A stretch of DNA of 64,000 bases, from assembly GCA_004764695.1 (NCBI GenBank), contig SMSO01000025.1, positions 3,286,001 through 3,350,000 on the forward strand. Reading direction: 5' to 3'. A model generated the notes under the pieces. The model was given only the letters and a program-made list of their open reading frames with translations. It ran no database searches and was not told the DNA's origin. The position numbers and the translations under genes were made by a program. The number at the start of each line of letters is the position of its first letter. Positions within the stretch are counted from its first letter, which is position 1. Positions 36,685 to 47,130 of the stretch are shown here, one piece after another. Origin of the DNA: Schizochytrium sp. TIO01. Its lineage: Eukaryota > Protista > Bigyra: Labyrinthulomycetes.

Positions 36685-39147
36685 ATGAAGGACACGAGCA
36701 AAACTGCCATCATCGATGACGTCATTATGAACGATGGCAAGGAAAACATGTGCTTGGGCAATGACCTCACACCAAGTTTGCAGTACTACAAACAAAAGAA
36801 GAAGATCAAAGGAGAGGATTTTGAGTGCCAGGAGTGTGGACTCCAGGCACTCGGCCGCGAATTTGACGTTTTTGGTGTCTTTGACGGACACGGAGGACCT
36901 GATGCAGCGCAACTCGCCTCCCAAAAATTTTGCTTCACCCTCGTCGATATCCTGCAACGCACGGCTCAAGCGGAAGCTGATGCCGAGGATGGCACCGGTT
37001 GGGAACAGCGGGTCCTGCCTAACGCTTTAGTTAAGACCTTCGAGTCGCTCAATTCGATGTGCAACAAAGAGTTCGAGACTTCGGGAACTACAGCGACCAT
37101 CATGGTTGTCACCCGCATTCCAAGGATAAAAAGCGATGGATGGGCGCTCGTGACCGTCGCTAATGTGGGAGACTCACATGCTTATGCCGAGGTGTCCAAC
37201 TCTGTCGTACGACTTTCGGCCGACCACCGTCTCGATAACAATGCAGAAGAATGCGAACGCGTTACCCAAGCTGGTGGAGAAGTTGCTCGATGCTCGGGTC
37301 GCGACGATAGCAAAGCTGACGACCCCTTGCGTCTCTGGCCTGGCGGGCTTATGATGTCTCGTACCATTGGTGACCCAGACGCAAAGCATTCTCTGGCTAT
37401 CCCAGAAATCTCTAATATGCTGGTGCGCATGCTTGAGCCTGACGAAGAGACAAGCACGCCGATTCGTATTATTATTGCCTCTGATGGACTCTGGGACGCT
37501 GTCACGCCCAAGCAAACCTTCTCCATTGTGCGGCGTCGTATCCCTCAAGCTGCGTCGCAGACTCTTATACAGGCGGCTGTTCGCAATGCAGGAAAAGATC
37601 GCGACGACATCACTGTGATCTTGGTGGATATTGCCTCTGATGATGCTCACTTTATCCACCCGCAAGACAAATCTTTGAATAATCAGAGTAACCATACCAA
37701 TGGATCTCCGGCAGTGGCATTTTCTAACTCAATACAGCACTATTACACGTGGAATCCTTTAAGTGAGGAATCTGCTCGTGCAGACATTTCTGCTGCAGAG
37801 GCCAAGCTCTTCGAAGAACGCCAGGCTTTCGAAGCCGAGAAAAACGCGGCTATTGAAGAGCGTGAACGCCTTCAAGCCGCGCTGCAAGCAAGTATGGAGG
37901 ATGAGGAAGCGATGGCAGCAAGGCGGGCTGCAGAGGAAGCTGCCGAAGCCGCCGCTCTTGCAGAAGAAGAGGAGTGGGAGCCTGTAGTAAGAAATTCTCG
38001 CCGCAAGGACAGCAGATCGAGTTCGATTGCTGAGGAAGCCACCATGCAAAGTGAACAAGCTTCTGAAGAGGCTGATACAAATTCAGAAACACATGTAGAT
38101 GGCCAAGAAAACTCAGCTGGTAATGAGCAAGGAAGACCCTCCTCAAAGAACCAGAAGAGTACAAAGAAACCTTCGCGCAAAGTTTGTTTTACATTCAAGG
38201 AATCGGGAAGCTGCTCTCGTGGAGATCGATGCAAGTTCCTTCACAGCTCTCCTGGTGAGGATGTGGAATCAACCACGCCCAATGGAGATGGTTTGGTGAT
38301 TGATGGAAGTGCAGCAGATGGCGGCCTGCGCCAACAAGCAACCAATCAACAAAAAGTCTGCTTCACATTTCAGCGCTCCGGGTCATGTTCGCGCGGAGAT
38401 AGATGCAAGTTTCTTCACGCAGCTGCTGGAAGCGAGCCAACAATGACTACGAGCATTGCTGGCGGTGCTGGTACCCAGACCTCTAAATCGACGAAGACAT
38501 GTCATTCATTTGAGCGTAGTGGATCATGTTCTCGGGGAGATCGTTGCAAATTCATGCACGTTGCTGGCGCTAACAACGAAACAGAGTCTTCTGACGAACC
38601 TTCCGAAGAAGAGCAGAAAGAGGGTGGCGTCCCTTCCTATGCTAGTGCCGCTGCCACGGTTCCAGTCGTCATCGGAGAAAGCGTGCCCGAGGAGGAATCT
38701 GTGGGTGATGAAAACATTGCTCTGGATGCATTGAACATGGTGTCTGCTCTCGCTGCAAGCGAAGCTAACAACAACGTAGACAGTAAGCCCTCAAACAATG
38801 AGCGCCAAAGAGACCCCACCAAAACTCGTAGCTCCAAAACTTGCTTTACATTCGAGCGTGACGGTACCTGCCGCTTCGGCGACAAATGTAAGTATACCCA
38901 TGGGTCCCCGGCAGGAGGACCTGGTGCCGATGTTGGTGCACAAAAGGTCGAGGATAAAAAACCTCGTCGTAATGCTAACAACCCGAACAAGTTCAAGCGT
39001 CAGCCTCCCAGCAAAGCTGTGGAGGCTAAAGATGCTCAAGAGGTTGAGCCCAAGCAGTTTGATGGACCGAAGAAGTGCTTTGCATTTCAACGTAAGGGCT
39101 CGTGTAAATTTGGCGAGACCTGCAAGTTCTCTCACGCTACAGCTTGA
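36685..39147 (+). CDS. PP2C/PPM Ser/Thr phosphatase fused to five CCCH zinc fingers
   Basis: PP2C motifs KGEDF, FGVFDGHGG, SGTTA, ANVGDS, ADHR, LRLWPGGLMMSRTIGD, ASDGLWD, DDITV. A charged helical linker follows, then five C-x8-C-x5-C-x3-H fingers starting at 38185, 38359, 38500, 38842 and 39076. First ATG is 36685. Confidence 0.93.
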   Translation: MKDTSKTAIIDDVIMNDGKENMCLGNDLTPSLQYYKQKKKIKGEDFECQECGLQALGREFDVFGVFDGHGGPDAAQLASQKFCFTLVDILQRTAQAEADAEDGTGWEQRVLPNALVKTFESLNSMCNKEFETSGTTATIMVVTRIPRIKSDGWALVTVANVGDSHAYAEVSNSVVRLSADHRLDNNAEECERVTQAGGEVARCSGRDDSKADDPLRLWPGGLMMSRTIGDPDAKHSLAIPEISNMLVRMLEPDEETSTPIRIIIASDGLWDAVTPKQTFSIVRRRIPQAASQTLIQAAVRNAGKDRDDITVILVDIASDDAHFIHPQDKSLNNQSNHTNGSPAVAFSNSIQHYYTWNPLSEESARADISAAEAKLFEERQAFEAEKNAAIEERERLQAALQASMEDEEAMAARRAAEEAAEAAALAEEEEWEPVVRNSRRKDSRSSSIAEEATMQSEQASEEADTNSETHVDGQENSAGNEQGRPSSKNQKSTKKPSRKVCFTFKESGSCSRGDRCKFLHSSPGEDVESTTPNGDGLVIDGSAADGGLRQQATNQQKVCFTFQRSGSCSRGDRCKFLHAAAGSEPTMTTSIAGGAGTQTSKSTKTCHSFERSGSCSRGDRCKFMHVAGANNETESSDEPSEEEQKEGGVPSYASAAATVPVVIGESVPEEESVGDENIALDALNMVSALAASEANNNVDSKPSNNERQRDPTKTRSSKTCFTFERDGTCRFGDKCKYTHGSPAGGPGADVGAQKVEDKKPRRNANNPNKFKRQPPSKAVEAKDAQEVEPKQFDGPKKCFAFQRKGSCKFGETCKFSHATA

Positions 39148-39615
39148 GCTAAAGAATATTTTTTGGGCGAAGTGGACCTTTGCAAAAGGTAGATATAATA
39201 ACACCACAAAGATCACCTTATTCAATGGCTAGTTAGCCACCAAGTGTCACCCACCGCCAATACTCAAGAATTATCGCTTCGTTTTTATTTTATTTTTCTG
39301 TTTGTCCCTTCGCGCCACCAATAACCCCACGTAACCTTTTATTTTTTGCATGTGCATATGATGCACAATGTACAAAGTATTTCGGCTATATTGCGCATTC
39401 TGGATTAGAGAAGCAAAACAAAAATTTGCAGCAAAATTTAATGTCAACATTTTCGTTCTATTAATGATCTTTTATTATGTGGTAGCCCGAAATGACATGG
39501 TCTACCATAGGATGACACGTCAACAAGCATATGTGCAGGGGAGGGCACAGGATAATGGTGCTGTTGTGTTTGACGGCATAGTGGGATGGTGGTGTCTGAC
39601 TGTGACCGTTTCTTT

Positions 39616-42600
39616 CTATACAATATGCAGTACGTGTTGAAAAGGAGTTGTTGCCTTACGAAGTAGCGCAAGATCAGCCTTAAGCTCTTCGAGATCTGAT
39701 CGCAGGCGCTCGTTCGCAGCCCTCAATTCCTGATTCTCCTTTTTTATTCCTTGCTGTGCAAGATCTACAAGCTCGAGGAAATCAGGATTAAGTGAGCCCC
39801 GAGGTGTTCGCAAAGCCCCAGAGAGGTTCCATCCACCTGAAATGCGTTTTGAGCTACGGTACCTCTGGCGTGTACTTGCATTCGAGTCGTCTGACGATTT
39901 TTGCAAGGGAGGCAATTGCGAAGATGAAGAAGTACTTGGATCGATGGCCAGGCCGGGTTTATTCTTCTCCAGCGTAGGCTTCCCTGGTGCCTTAGGGGGG
40001 GTGTGCTGCTGTCCTTGTTGATGTTGTTGCTGCCCAAACACAGATGCGGCGTCTTGACGTGAGGCAGTTCCTTGTTTGATTGCTTCCTTACGTTTTCGTT
40101 CTGCTTCGTCGCGCTGTTTCTGTTCAGCTTCTTCGCGAGCCTTTCTCTCAGCTGCCAATTTCGCCTCAATCCGCTTTTCAACGCGCTTGGCAATCTTACG
40201 ACGAAACAGAAAGGATCGCACTGAACGCTGTGCAATTCGTGCTGCATTACCGCGAGCACGAGAAGCTTTGAGCACTGCAACAAATTTGTTGCAAGCAATC
40301 ACCTTGGCCGCACAACGACGCCAACGCAAGCGAGCGTAGTACAGTTTGAACCGTCTACCCACTTCCAGCTTTTCTTCACTTTGTTTGCCTTCGTCCTGGG
40401 CCCAAGCAGCTGCTTCTTTCATGATACGATCAAGTAGATCAATCATACCGGAGGAGAAAAACACGCGTGAAAGACCAAGGCGATACGCTTCGTTTGGTAC
40501 TTTAAAAGCCCAGAACAGGGCACAGACAAAAGTTCGACTATTCTGTTTGTTGCCATTATTGTTAGAGCGTTGCCAGACTTCAAGAGCATCAGGAGGCAGC
40601 GCAGATTGGTATGCAGAGACGATAGAATCGTATTCAATGCGTGTAGGAAAACCACTTTTGAGGACCGCAGCTGTCTGTGGAATGCTCAAGCACTTCAACT
40701 GTTCATTCACGTATTGGTTATTGAACCAGTTTGTTCCTGGGGCATATTTCATTTCAGGATTCGGTTTAACGCAACGAATGAAACTGCATTTCGTAGACTC
40801 AAGCGTGCCGACAAGTCCTCGAATTTGATGGCCAAAATTAGCCACCACAGTTTTCTTAGCCTTACTAGAGCCCTGGCTACCAGAGCACTTATCGAAGGCA
40901 ACTGAAGCGACAGAGTTGGACGCCGCACGCATTAGCGCATGCATTTTCTCAGGAACGCGATCATTGTTCTTCTCAACAAAGTCCCCAACTGTGTATTCTA
41001 CTACTCCAGCATAGTGAGAAATGAGAAATTTCGTATCAAGATCACGGGGGTGAGGTTTAGGAAATGCCTTTTCCTTTCCGAAGCACTGGTGCAAACGACG
41101 GTTCATCTTGTCATCAGTTGGCTTTGGGGCTCGGGACTCAGAATCAATTTCGACTAACAGTCCTGCCATGCCAGGCTTGCCTTCAAAAAGATCAAGACAC
41201 GCACCGTCATCGTCTGGACAAGCGAATGGCTCACCTGCCAAAATTAAGCCCTCCTGTTTGTACAAGTCGGCTTCTGCAACAAAAACCTGGTAGTTGAAGG
41301 TAGATTGCAGGGACTCGTTGGTATAGTTGATCAAAAGCTGCTCAAACCCATTCTTAACAAAAGATTCAAAGCCAAAGATATCGAGAACTCCAATGAATGG
41401 GAGTTCAGCCAAAGGCGTGTCTGCTTTGTATGAACTCATGAGTACTGTGTTAACTTCATGAACGAGGTAGTCGAAAACAATTCCATAGGTCCACTTGGCA
41501 AGGGCATCGCGGGCATATTGTGCTTCTGTAACGTCGAGACACTTAGTAATGACCTCCAAACCAGCCTTAACCTCTTTCTCAAGCAAAAGACTCACTAAAG
41601 CAGCTTCATTGACACCTAAAAGTGTTGCAGCCTTATGCAAGGCAAGTCTTCCATCCTCGGACACCCGAGCAGCATCGTCGGAAGTGGCTTCATCATTCAC
41701 AAATTGAATATTACCAATATGCAGAATGCCTGCCACCACAGCGAAAAGGTCCTCAATTTCTTGATCACTTTTCCCGATGTCACGAAGAGCACTTTGTAAA
41801 TATCCAAAGTTTCTTTTATCCTTCTCTAGAATGTGAGGTTCAAGATAGCGCTCATTCGACACTGTCATTGTTTTCGTCATTCCTCCTTTCGCGGGAGCAG
41901 CAGCGGGTGGGGCACCTCCGCGACGCCGTGTTCGTCCACCTCCACGATCTGAGGCACCCCCAGCTGAGGACGCGCCCTCGTTGGAAACGCTTTGTGAAAG
42001 CATTCCAGGGGTCATGTAACGGAACTTGCGAGCGTCTTGAATTTTGGCTGGAAGATCGAACTTCTTGCGCATGGCATCATCAGCTCCGTTGATGAGCTGG
42101 TAAAATACATGGAAGTTACGCTCTCCATTGCTGTGATTTACAACCCGTGACTTCTCAAGAAGGTAAGTCTCTACAGTGGCACCCACCAGCTCCCACGTCT
42201 TTCCACGCGAACGCTCTTGTGAGCTTTGCAGAAAGTGGAGTTTCGAAAATTTACCAAAACGAGATGAGTTGTGGTTGCAAACTGTGGAGGCATTACCAAA
42301 TCCTTCGAGAATAGGTCCCACGCCTGCAAGCTGGACATCAAGCTTGGATTCTGCGGATGATTGTGCAGTCCGTGAAACAAGATGGCTTAGAACACGTTTG
42401 CCTGCTTCAGTCTTGCCAGACCCACTTTCACCGCTAATCACGACTGACTGATTTACGACCAGTTCAATGGAATTCATGCTGCTTACATCCTGACCAGCAC
42501 GTGACATTATGTCAATTTGTCGCGCAACTTGAACGCGACGCTCAAATGAAAAGGTCATATTTTTAAAGGCATTTTCTGCAATGGAGTAAGGATGCGGTAC

Positions 42601-42963
42601 GTCAGCAGGCAGCGTTTTATTAGAACCAACAGCGGGATCGGGAATGTGATGCAGCGGATTTACGCTAACAAGAACGGATCCCATCATTGTGTATGGGAGC
42701 TCTTTCTCGCTCCGAATCTTTAGATTATGAAGAATCCCAGCATCGTTGATGTGGTAGAGGGAGGTCATGTCTGGAACAACGCGCGGGTTCGTCAACTGTA
42801 AATCATTTATAGACAAGCGCACCTGGGGTCCTGACGAAGCTTTCACGAGGCAGTGTTTTTCATCATCATCCATGGACAAGACCTTTGCAAGTTCATACAC
42901 CTCCCGCTCATTGCCCTTACAGGCTGGAATCCAAACATCGCTTTCCACACGAATCCTCAACAT
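39616..42963 (-). CDS. Unconventional myosin heavy chain (motor domain, IQ-like neck, short E/R/K helix, low-complexity region, C-terminal coiled coil)
   Basis: DMTSL, SVNP, P-loop GESGSGKT, switch I NHNSSRFGK, YLLEKSR, ERNFHVFYQL, switch II LDIFGFE, FIRCVKPN, GFPTR. First ATG is 42963. Confidence 0.95.
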   Translation of the reverse strand: MLRIRVESDVWIPACKGNEREVYELAKVLSMDDDEKHCLVKASSGPQVRLSINDLQLTNPRVVPDMTSLYHINDAGILHNLKIRSEKELPYTMMGSVLVSVNPLHHIPDPAVGSNKTLPADVPHPYSIAENAFKNMTFSFERRVQVARQIDIMSRAGQDVSSMNSIELVVNQSVVISGESGSGKTEAGKRVLSHLVSRTAQSSAESKLDVQLAGVGPILEGFGNASTVCNHNSSRFGKFSKLHFLQSSQERSRGKTWELVGATVETYLLEKSRVVNHSNGERNFHVFYQLINGADDAMRKKFDLPAKIQDARKFRYMTPGMLSQSVSNEGASSAGGASDRGGGRTRRRGGAPPAAAPAKGGMTKTMTVSNERYLEPHILEKDKRNFGYLQSALRDIGKSDQEIEDLFAVVAGILHIGNIQFVNDEATSDDAARVSEDGRLALHKAATLLGVNEAALVSLLLEKEVKAGLEVITKCLDVTEAQYARDALAKWTYGIVFDYLVHEVNTVLMSSYKADTPLAELPFIGVLDIFGFESFVKNGFEQLLINYTNESLQSTFNYQVFVAEADLYKQEGLILAGEPFACPDDDGACLDLFEGKPGMAGLLVEIDSESRAPKPTDDKMNRRLHQCFGKEKAFPKPHPRDLDTKFLISHYAGVVEYTVGDFVEKNNDRVPEKMHALMRAASNSVASVAFDKCSGSQGSSKAKKTVVANFGHQIRGLVGTLESTKCSFIRCVKPNPEMKYAPGTNWFNNQYVNEQLKCLSIPQTAAVLKSGFPTRIEYDSIVSAYQSALPPDALEVWQRSNNNGNKQNSRTFVCALFWAFKVPNEAYRLGLSRVFFSSGMIDLLDRIMKEAAAWAQDEGKQSEEKLEVGRRFKLYYARLRWRRCAAKVIACNKFVAVLKASRARGNAARIAQRSVRSFLFRRKIAKRVEKRIEAKLAAERKAREEAEQKQRDEAERKRKEAIKQGTASRQDAASVFGQQQHQQGQQHTPPKAPGKPTLEKNKPGLAIDPSTSSSSQLPPLQKSSDDSNASTRQRYRSSKRISGGWNLSGALRTPRGSLNPDFLELVDLAQQGIKKENQELRAANERLRSDLEELKADLALLRKATTPFQHVLHIV

Positions 42964-45097
42964 GGCTGCTGTCACGCAAGTAAAACTATAATGCCCAGCA
43001 CTGTCGGCACCAGTAACGGTGTTGGCAGCAGCCCGTCAGTGCTGCCTACCCCCGTATGCTTATATCCACGATCTGCCTCGGCTTGCAGAATGGGAACTGG
43101 AGCTCAATTCAAGTTGAGCGGACGACTAAGTTTTATGACCTCCTAGGTCGAAAAATGAAGAGCGTCTACGCAAAGGGAGCTTACAGATCTCAGAGGCAGG
43201 GGAGCCTAAAAAGTATAGTGAGCTTGCTAGCTAACCTTATGGAAGGTACTTTACTCTTAAGTTGGGGAGGTTCGGGACACACCCGCACGGTAATCGACCT
43301 ATGCCCGCTTTCTTAAAACATGAGCTTCCTCTCCAGGCTAATAGAAAGCAAGCTGCCTATAAGCCTGTTTCAATTAAAAGTTGTGATGCTCCCAAAGGGG
43401 GAATTCAGTATTTTATATCTGCCTCCAGGCAGTCTGGCAGGAGAAGGCGGCACCGTCTAGTAGTGTTGTATACCACTCGACGAAACATTATAATTCCACC
43501 CTCGAATGGACATAGAAGCCATTTGACTGAAACGATATTTTTATCTTGTTTAAATTTCAGTTCCGGGTCAGAACCAGTGTTGCAATTGAAAATGTGCAAC
43601 GCTTTGTCAAAATTATCAAAGAAAAAGTAATGATGGCAAACTTCGCCTTCTTACTATCTCATATATTCACAATACGCGGTGACTTTGAGCTGTGTCATAT
43701 TAACTTTATGACCAAGTGAAAACAAAAACTCATTACTAGATTAGATATAGGGGAGTAATCTCAGCACAAGGGAAAAGGCACTCACGCATATGTTTGACGA
43801 GCTTTGTGCTTGTAGCACCGAGTAAAATATCGACACTCTGACTTCCTTGTTATAATAAAACGAGCTATTTTAGTCTAGGACAAGTTTCGTAAATTTTGCT
43901 GACACCCACTAACCGACTCGTGAAAAGCTAATAAACTTTTTAATTTCCTCTCTCTCTCTTTCTCTCAGATATATTCGGTTATTGATAATCTTTTCTATAA
44001 TTGAAAACTAGAACCAGCAGAGTTTGGAGGGTTGCCACATATCGCCAAATGCCAGCAAGAACTGGATCGCGTGTTGCTCAACCAAGTAGAGCAGTAGGTG
44101 GCGCCCTGTTTTATTATTTCCTTTCTTTATATAATAGAAAAAAGGTGCCCTTCTGTAAGATGTTGGCCCCAAACGTGAGACATTACGAATGATTTGTTGT
44201 AGTTCTTAATTAGTTCTAAATGTGAACGTCGTAATCATCAATCATGTCCCCTTTACAGCTCTTATCTTTGGCTCTGAACCGAGCATAGCTTTAGACAATG
44301 ATATTATTATGTTGAATTATGTAGCAGCACCCCACAGAAATTGACTACCCCAAGGTGGGCGGGCCAATTTATTTAAGTTTGCTTGCCTCATCGGGCCTAG
44401 ACAATTGAAATGGGAAAACGAAAGACAGCAACAAAAGCTTACATCTTCTTTCAAGTGCGGCCCGTTTGACCGCCTTGAGTTCGATGGTAATAAAGCTGAT
44501 AGTCAAAAGCTCCCGTAAACTTTCTCGTTGCTGCCCAGCAACAAATGTGAAGAAGTTTCTGGAATGTTAAATAATCATAAAACTAGAAGGTTTTTCCTAT
44601 TTAGCTCTGTTAGATTTTGAATATGGATATCTCTTGGCCAACTGAGATGGTTAAAGATGTGCTCCTAAAAAGTACGTTTGCTATCGTTGAAAAAACAGAT
44701 GGAAAGGCGAATATGAGTCGCTTGTTCGCAAATTTTCAACTTTGACGGGAACCAGTGCACGAAATGAAGCTACGAACGTGCTGGCTTCTTTGTGATTAAA
44801 TTGAGCAAGAACTCAGAAGAAAATTGCAAAGTCTTCAAGCAAACCGTCTCAGCAGTAAGAGTATACAGTCGATTTTTATGTCATGTGAACACACACAAAA
44901 CAGCACAACTTAAATGCGCACTCATTTTCTTTTATTCGTGTCGATACTCTCGCAATCAAACACGCATCAAGAAGGAAGTATGACACTATCTATGTCTATA
45001 GCGAACCTCACTCTCGCCCAGACCCCGGCCCTGACCTAATCCACGTAACGGCCTTTCTTAACCCTATTCCTTATAAATATATATATTTTAAAATACC

Positions 45098-47001
45098 ATG
45101 ACGCCTAACGACTATTATACGTATCCCTTAGTACGTGCTACTTAATAGACGTTTATGAGATGATCATCAAAACAAAATATCGCAAAATGAGTTCATTCAT
45201 TCACTGAAGGAATTGCAGTTTGGGACTTCCGTTGTGTCCGCAGATGAAGACTGGCCACTCGCCAGAAGCCGGGAGCAGATCCGCCCAAAATGATAGAAGA
45301 ATAAATCATTCGCGTCGTTTGCGTCTTCAGGAGGCCATCGGAGTCCCTGGTAGTGAGGATGGAGCCCGCAGCACAGTAAGCAAGGCTCCAAGGAGGCCTT
45401 TGAGCGACCCTCGTGTAGAAACAAGCGACGTTAGAATCAAAGATGACCCTACAAATTCTCTTGATGGCCCTAGAAGGCGTGTTAGGCCAGGTCCTCGAAG
45501 ACCAAAATCGACGGTAGATATGGCACGAATTTCGAGACTAGCGCAGCCCAAATTTAAGCTCACGAAAAAGTCGCTCTTGCAGCTCCTGCCTGTGGCACAT
45601 GTTGCGTACCATGTACTCTCATTTCTTGACACAGCATCTCTTGCACGAGCGAGTGGCACATGCCACGAAATGTATACGCTGGCCAATGCTGATATTTTAT
45701 GGAGCGAACGTCTTGGTGATCGAGCACGACTATCTGATCTTTCGAGAACGGCGCCTTCATCAACAACAGCACTATCTACGGCAAGACCTGTGTCTTCGCG
45801 AACGACACCGTCAATATCCTCGAAGAGAGGGCTTGTGATTCAAAAGAGTGCAAAACAGAGGTTTGTTGAAGAAGTGAGAGAGAGATCTGAGCGACGAGCA
45901 GCAAAGCTTAGAGAAACATTTCGGCATATTCAAGACCGAGCAGGCGTGGAAAACTGCCTGTCGCAAACTATCGAGCGTTTAGGCATAGCACTTTCAGTCA
46001 CTGTGAATGATGTACCTTGTGACCTGTTGGCCTTTCGTAAGCGATCACAACAAGGGCAGAAAGAGCAATTTCGCGTGCACAGTGCAGCACCGGCGCCCAA
46101 TCTTGCAACAGGTGCTCTTCGTTTCGAACAAGTGGCAGTGCTTAAGCTTGCAGCTCCAGCAGATCTGACTGAATCATCATTTTTCAGCCTGTGCGTCTCA
46201 TGTACGAGTAAAATAAAGTCAAAGGGTGAAGTTGAGGTGCTTCGATGGAGCAAAGCACATGAGCAATCGAAAGTCTCTCGTCTAGGCCAGTCTGGATTTT
46301 TGCAGATTAGCCTCGGAAGGAGCTCAATTTTATTTGGTTCTCTTGACAAGGGTGCGCAACGTGGTATTTCGTTGATCATTGTGAACCTTCATCACCTTGA
46401 TGTGCTTGCATCGCTTGGAATTGCAGGTTTCGAACACACACCAATCGTGGATGACCTTGACCGTAATTATGGTCTGCATGGATATACGTGCTCTATCACT
46501 TTACGTAGCTTAGGTCAAACTTGGTGGTCGGCCAACTTTCGAGACCTTTTGTCAAGGTCAGGTCGAAACAACAACACAGCTGCATTTACGATCCTAAACG
46601 CAGACGAATGCGAAGGCGATGTGACACGTCTAATTGAATTCAAAAGCCCTGGGGTACAAAGTGGGGATCTTGCTCCATCCTTGTATTTCAGGAGTGAAAC
46701 CTTTTCTGGGCGACTGGACAATTACGTTGTTCTTGATGTCACAGTATGGGACGAGCACAGAGAGGCTATCTGGGCCTTTTCTCGTGTTATCCCAACTAGT
46801 TCTGTCTTGGCCAGCGATGCTGTGTCACTTACTTTTGGTGATGGTGATCATGGTCAGGGTTTTACACTAAGATACGAGGATCCAGATAAAGGTTGCATGA
46901 AAATATCTGTCGCTCACATGTACAATCGCGGAAATGTAATCAGAGACATACATCTTGGACTCAGTACTGAAGCTATTGCCCATTGGTTTGGAATAAGTTG
47001 A
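45098..47001 (+). CDS. F-box protein with FBXO15-like C-terminal domain; probable micro-exon 45098-45130 and main exon 45244-47001
   Basis: F-box LLQLLPVAHVAYHVLSFLDTASLARASGTCHEMYTLANADILW. C-terminal motifs DDLDRNYGLHGY and LDVTVWDEHREAIWAFS resemble FBXO15 as I recall it. A GTACGT donor at 45131 and CCGCAG acceptor at 45243 join MTPNDYYTYPL in phase to MKTGH; the 5' exon is less certain than the rest. Confidence 0.78.
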
Positions 47002-47130
47002 TTCTAACTTATATATAATTTCGTAGGTGGTTCTGAAGCATTACCTGTGTTCTTGCAAGCTTAAAGGATATTTAAAACAATGGTAGGAAAATGATTATAT
47101 ATATAGATTTTGTGTGTAAAAAAAATTCTC

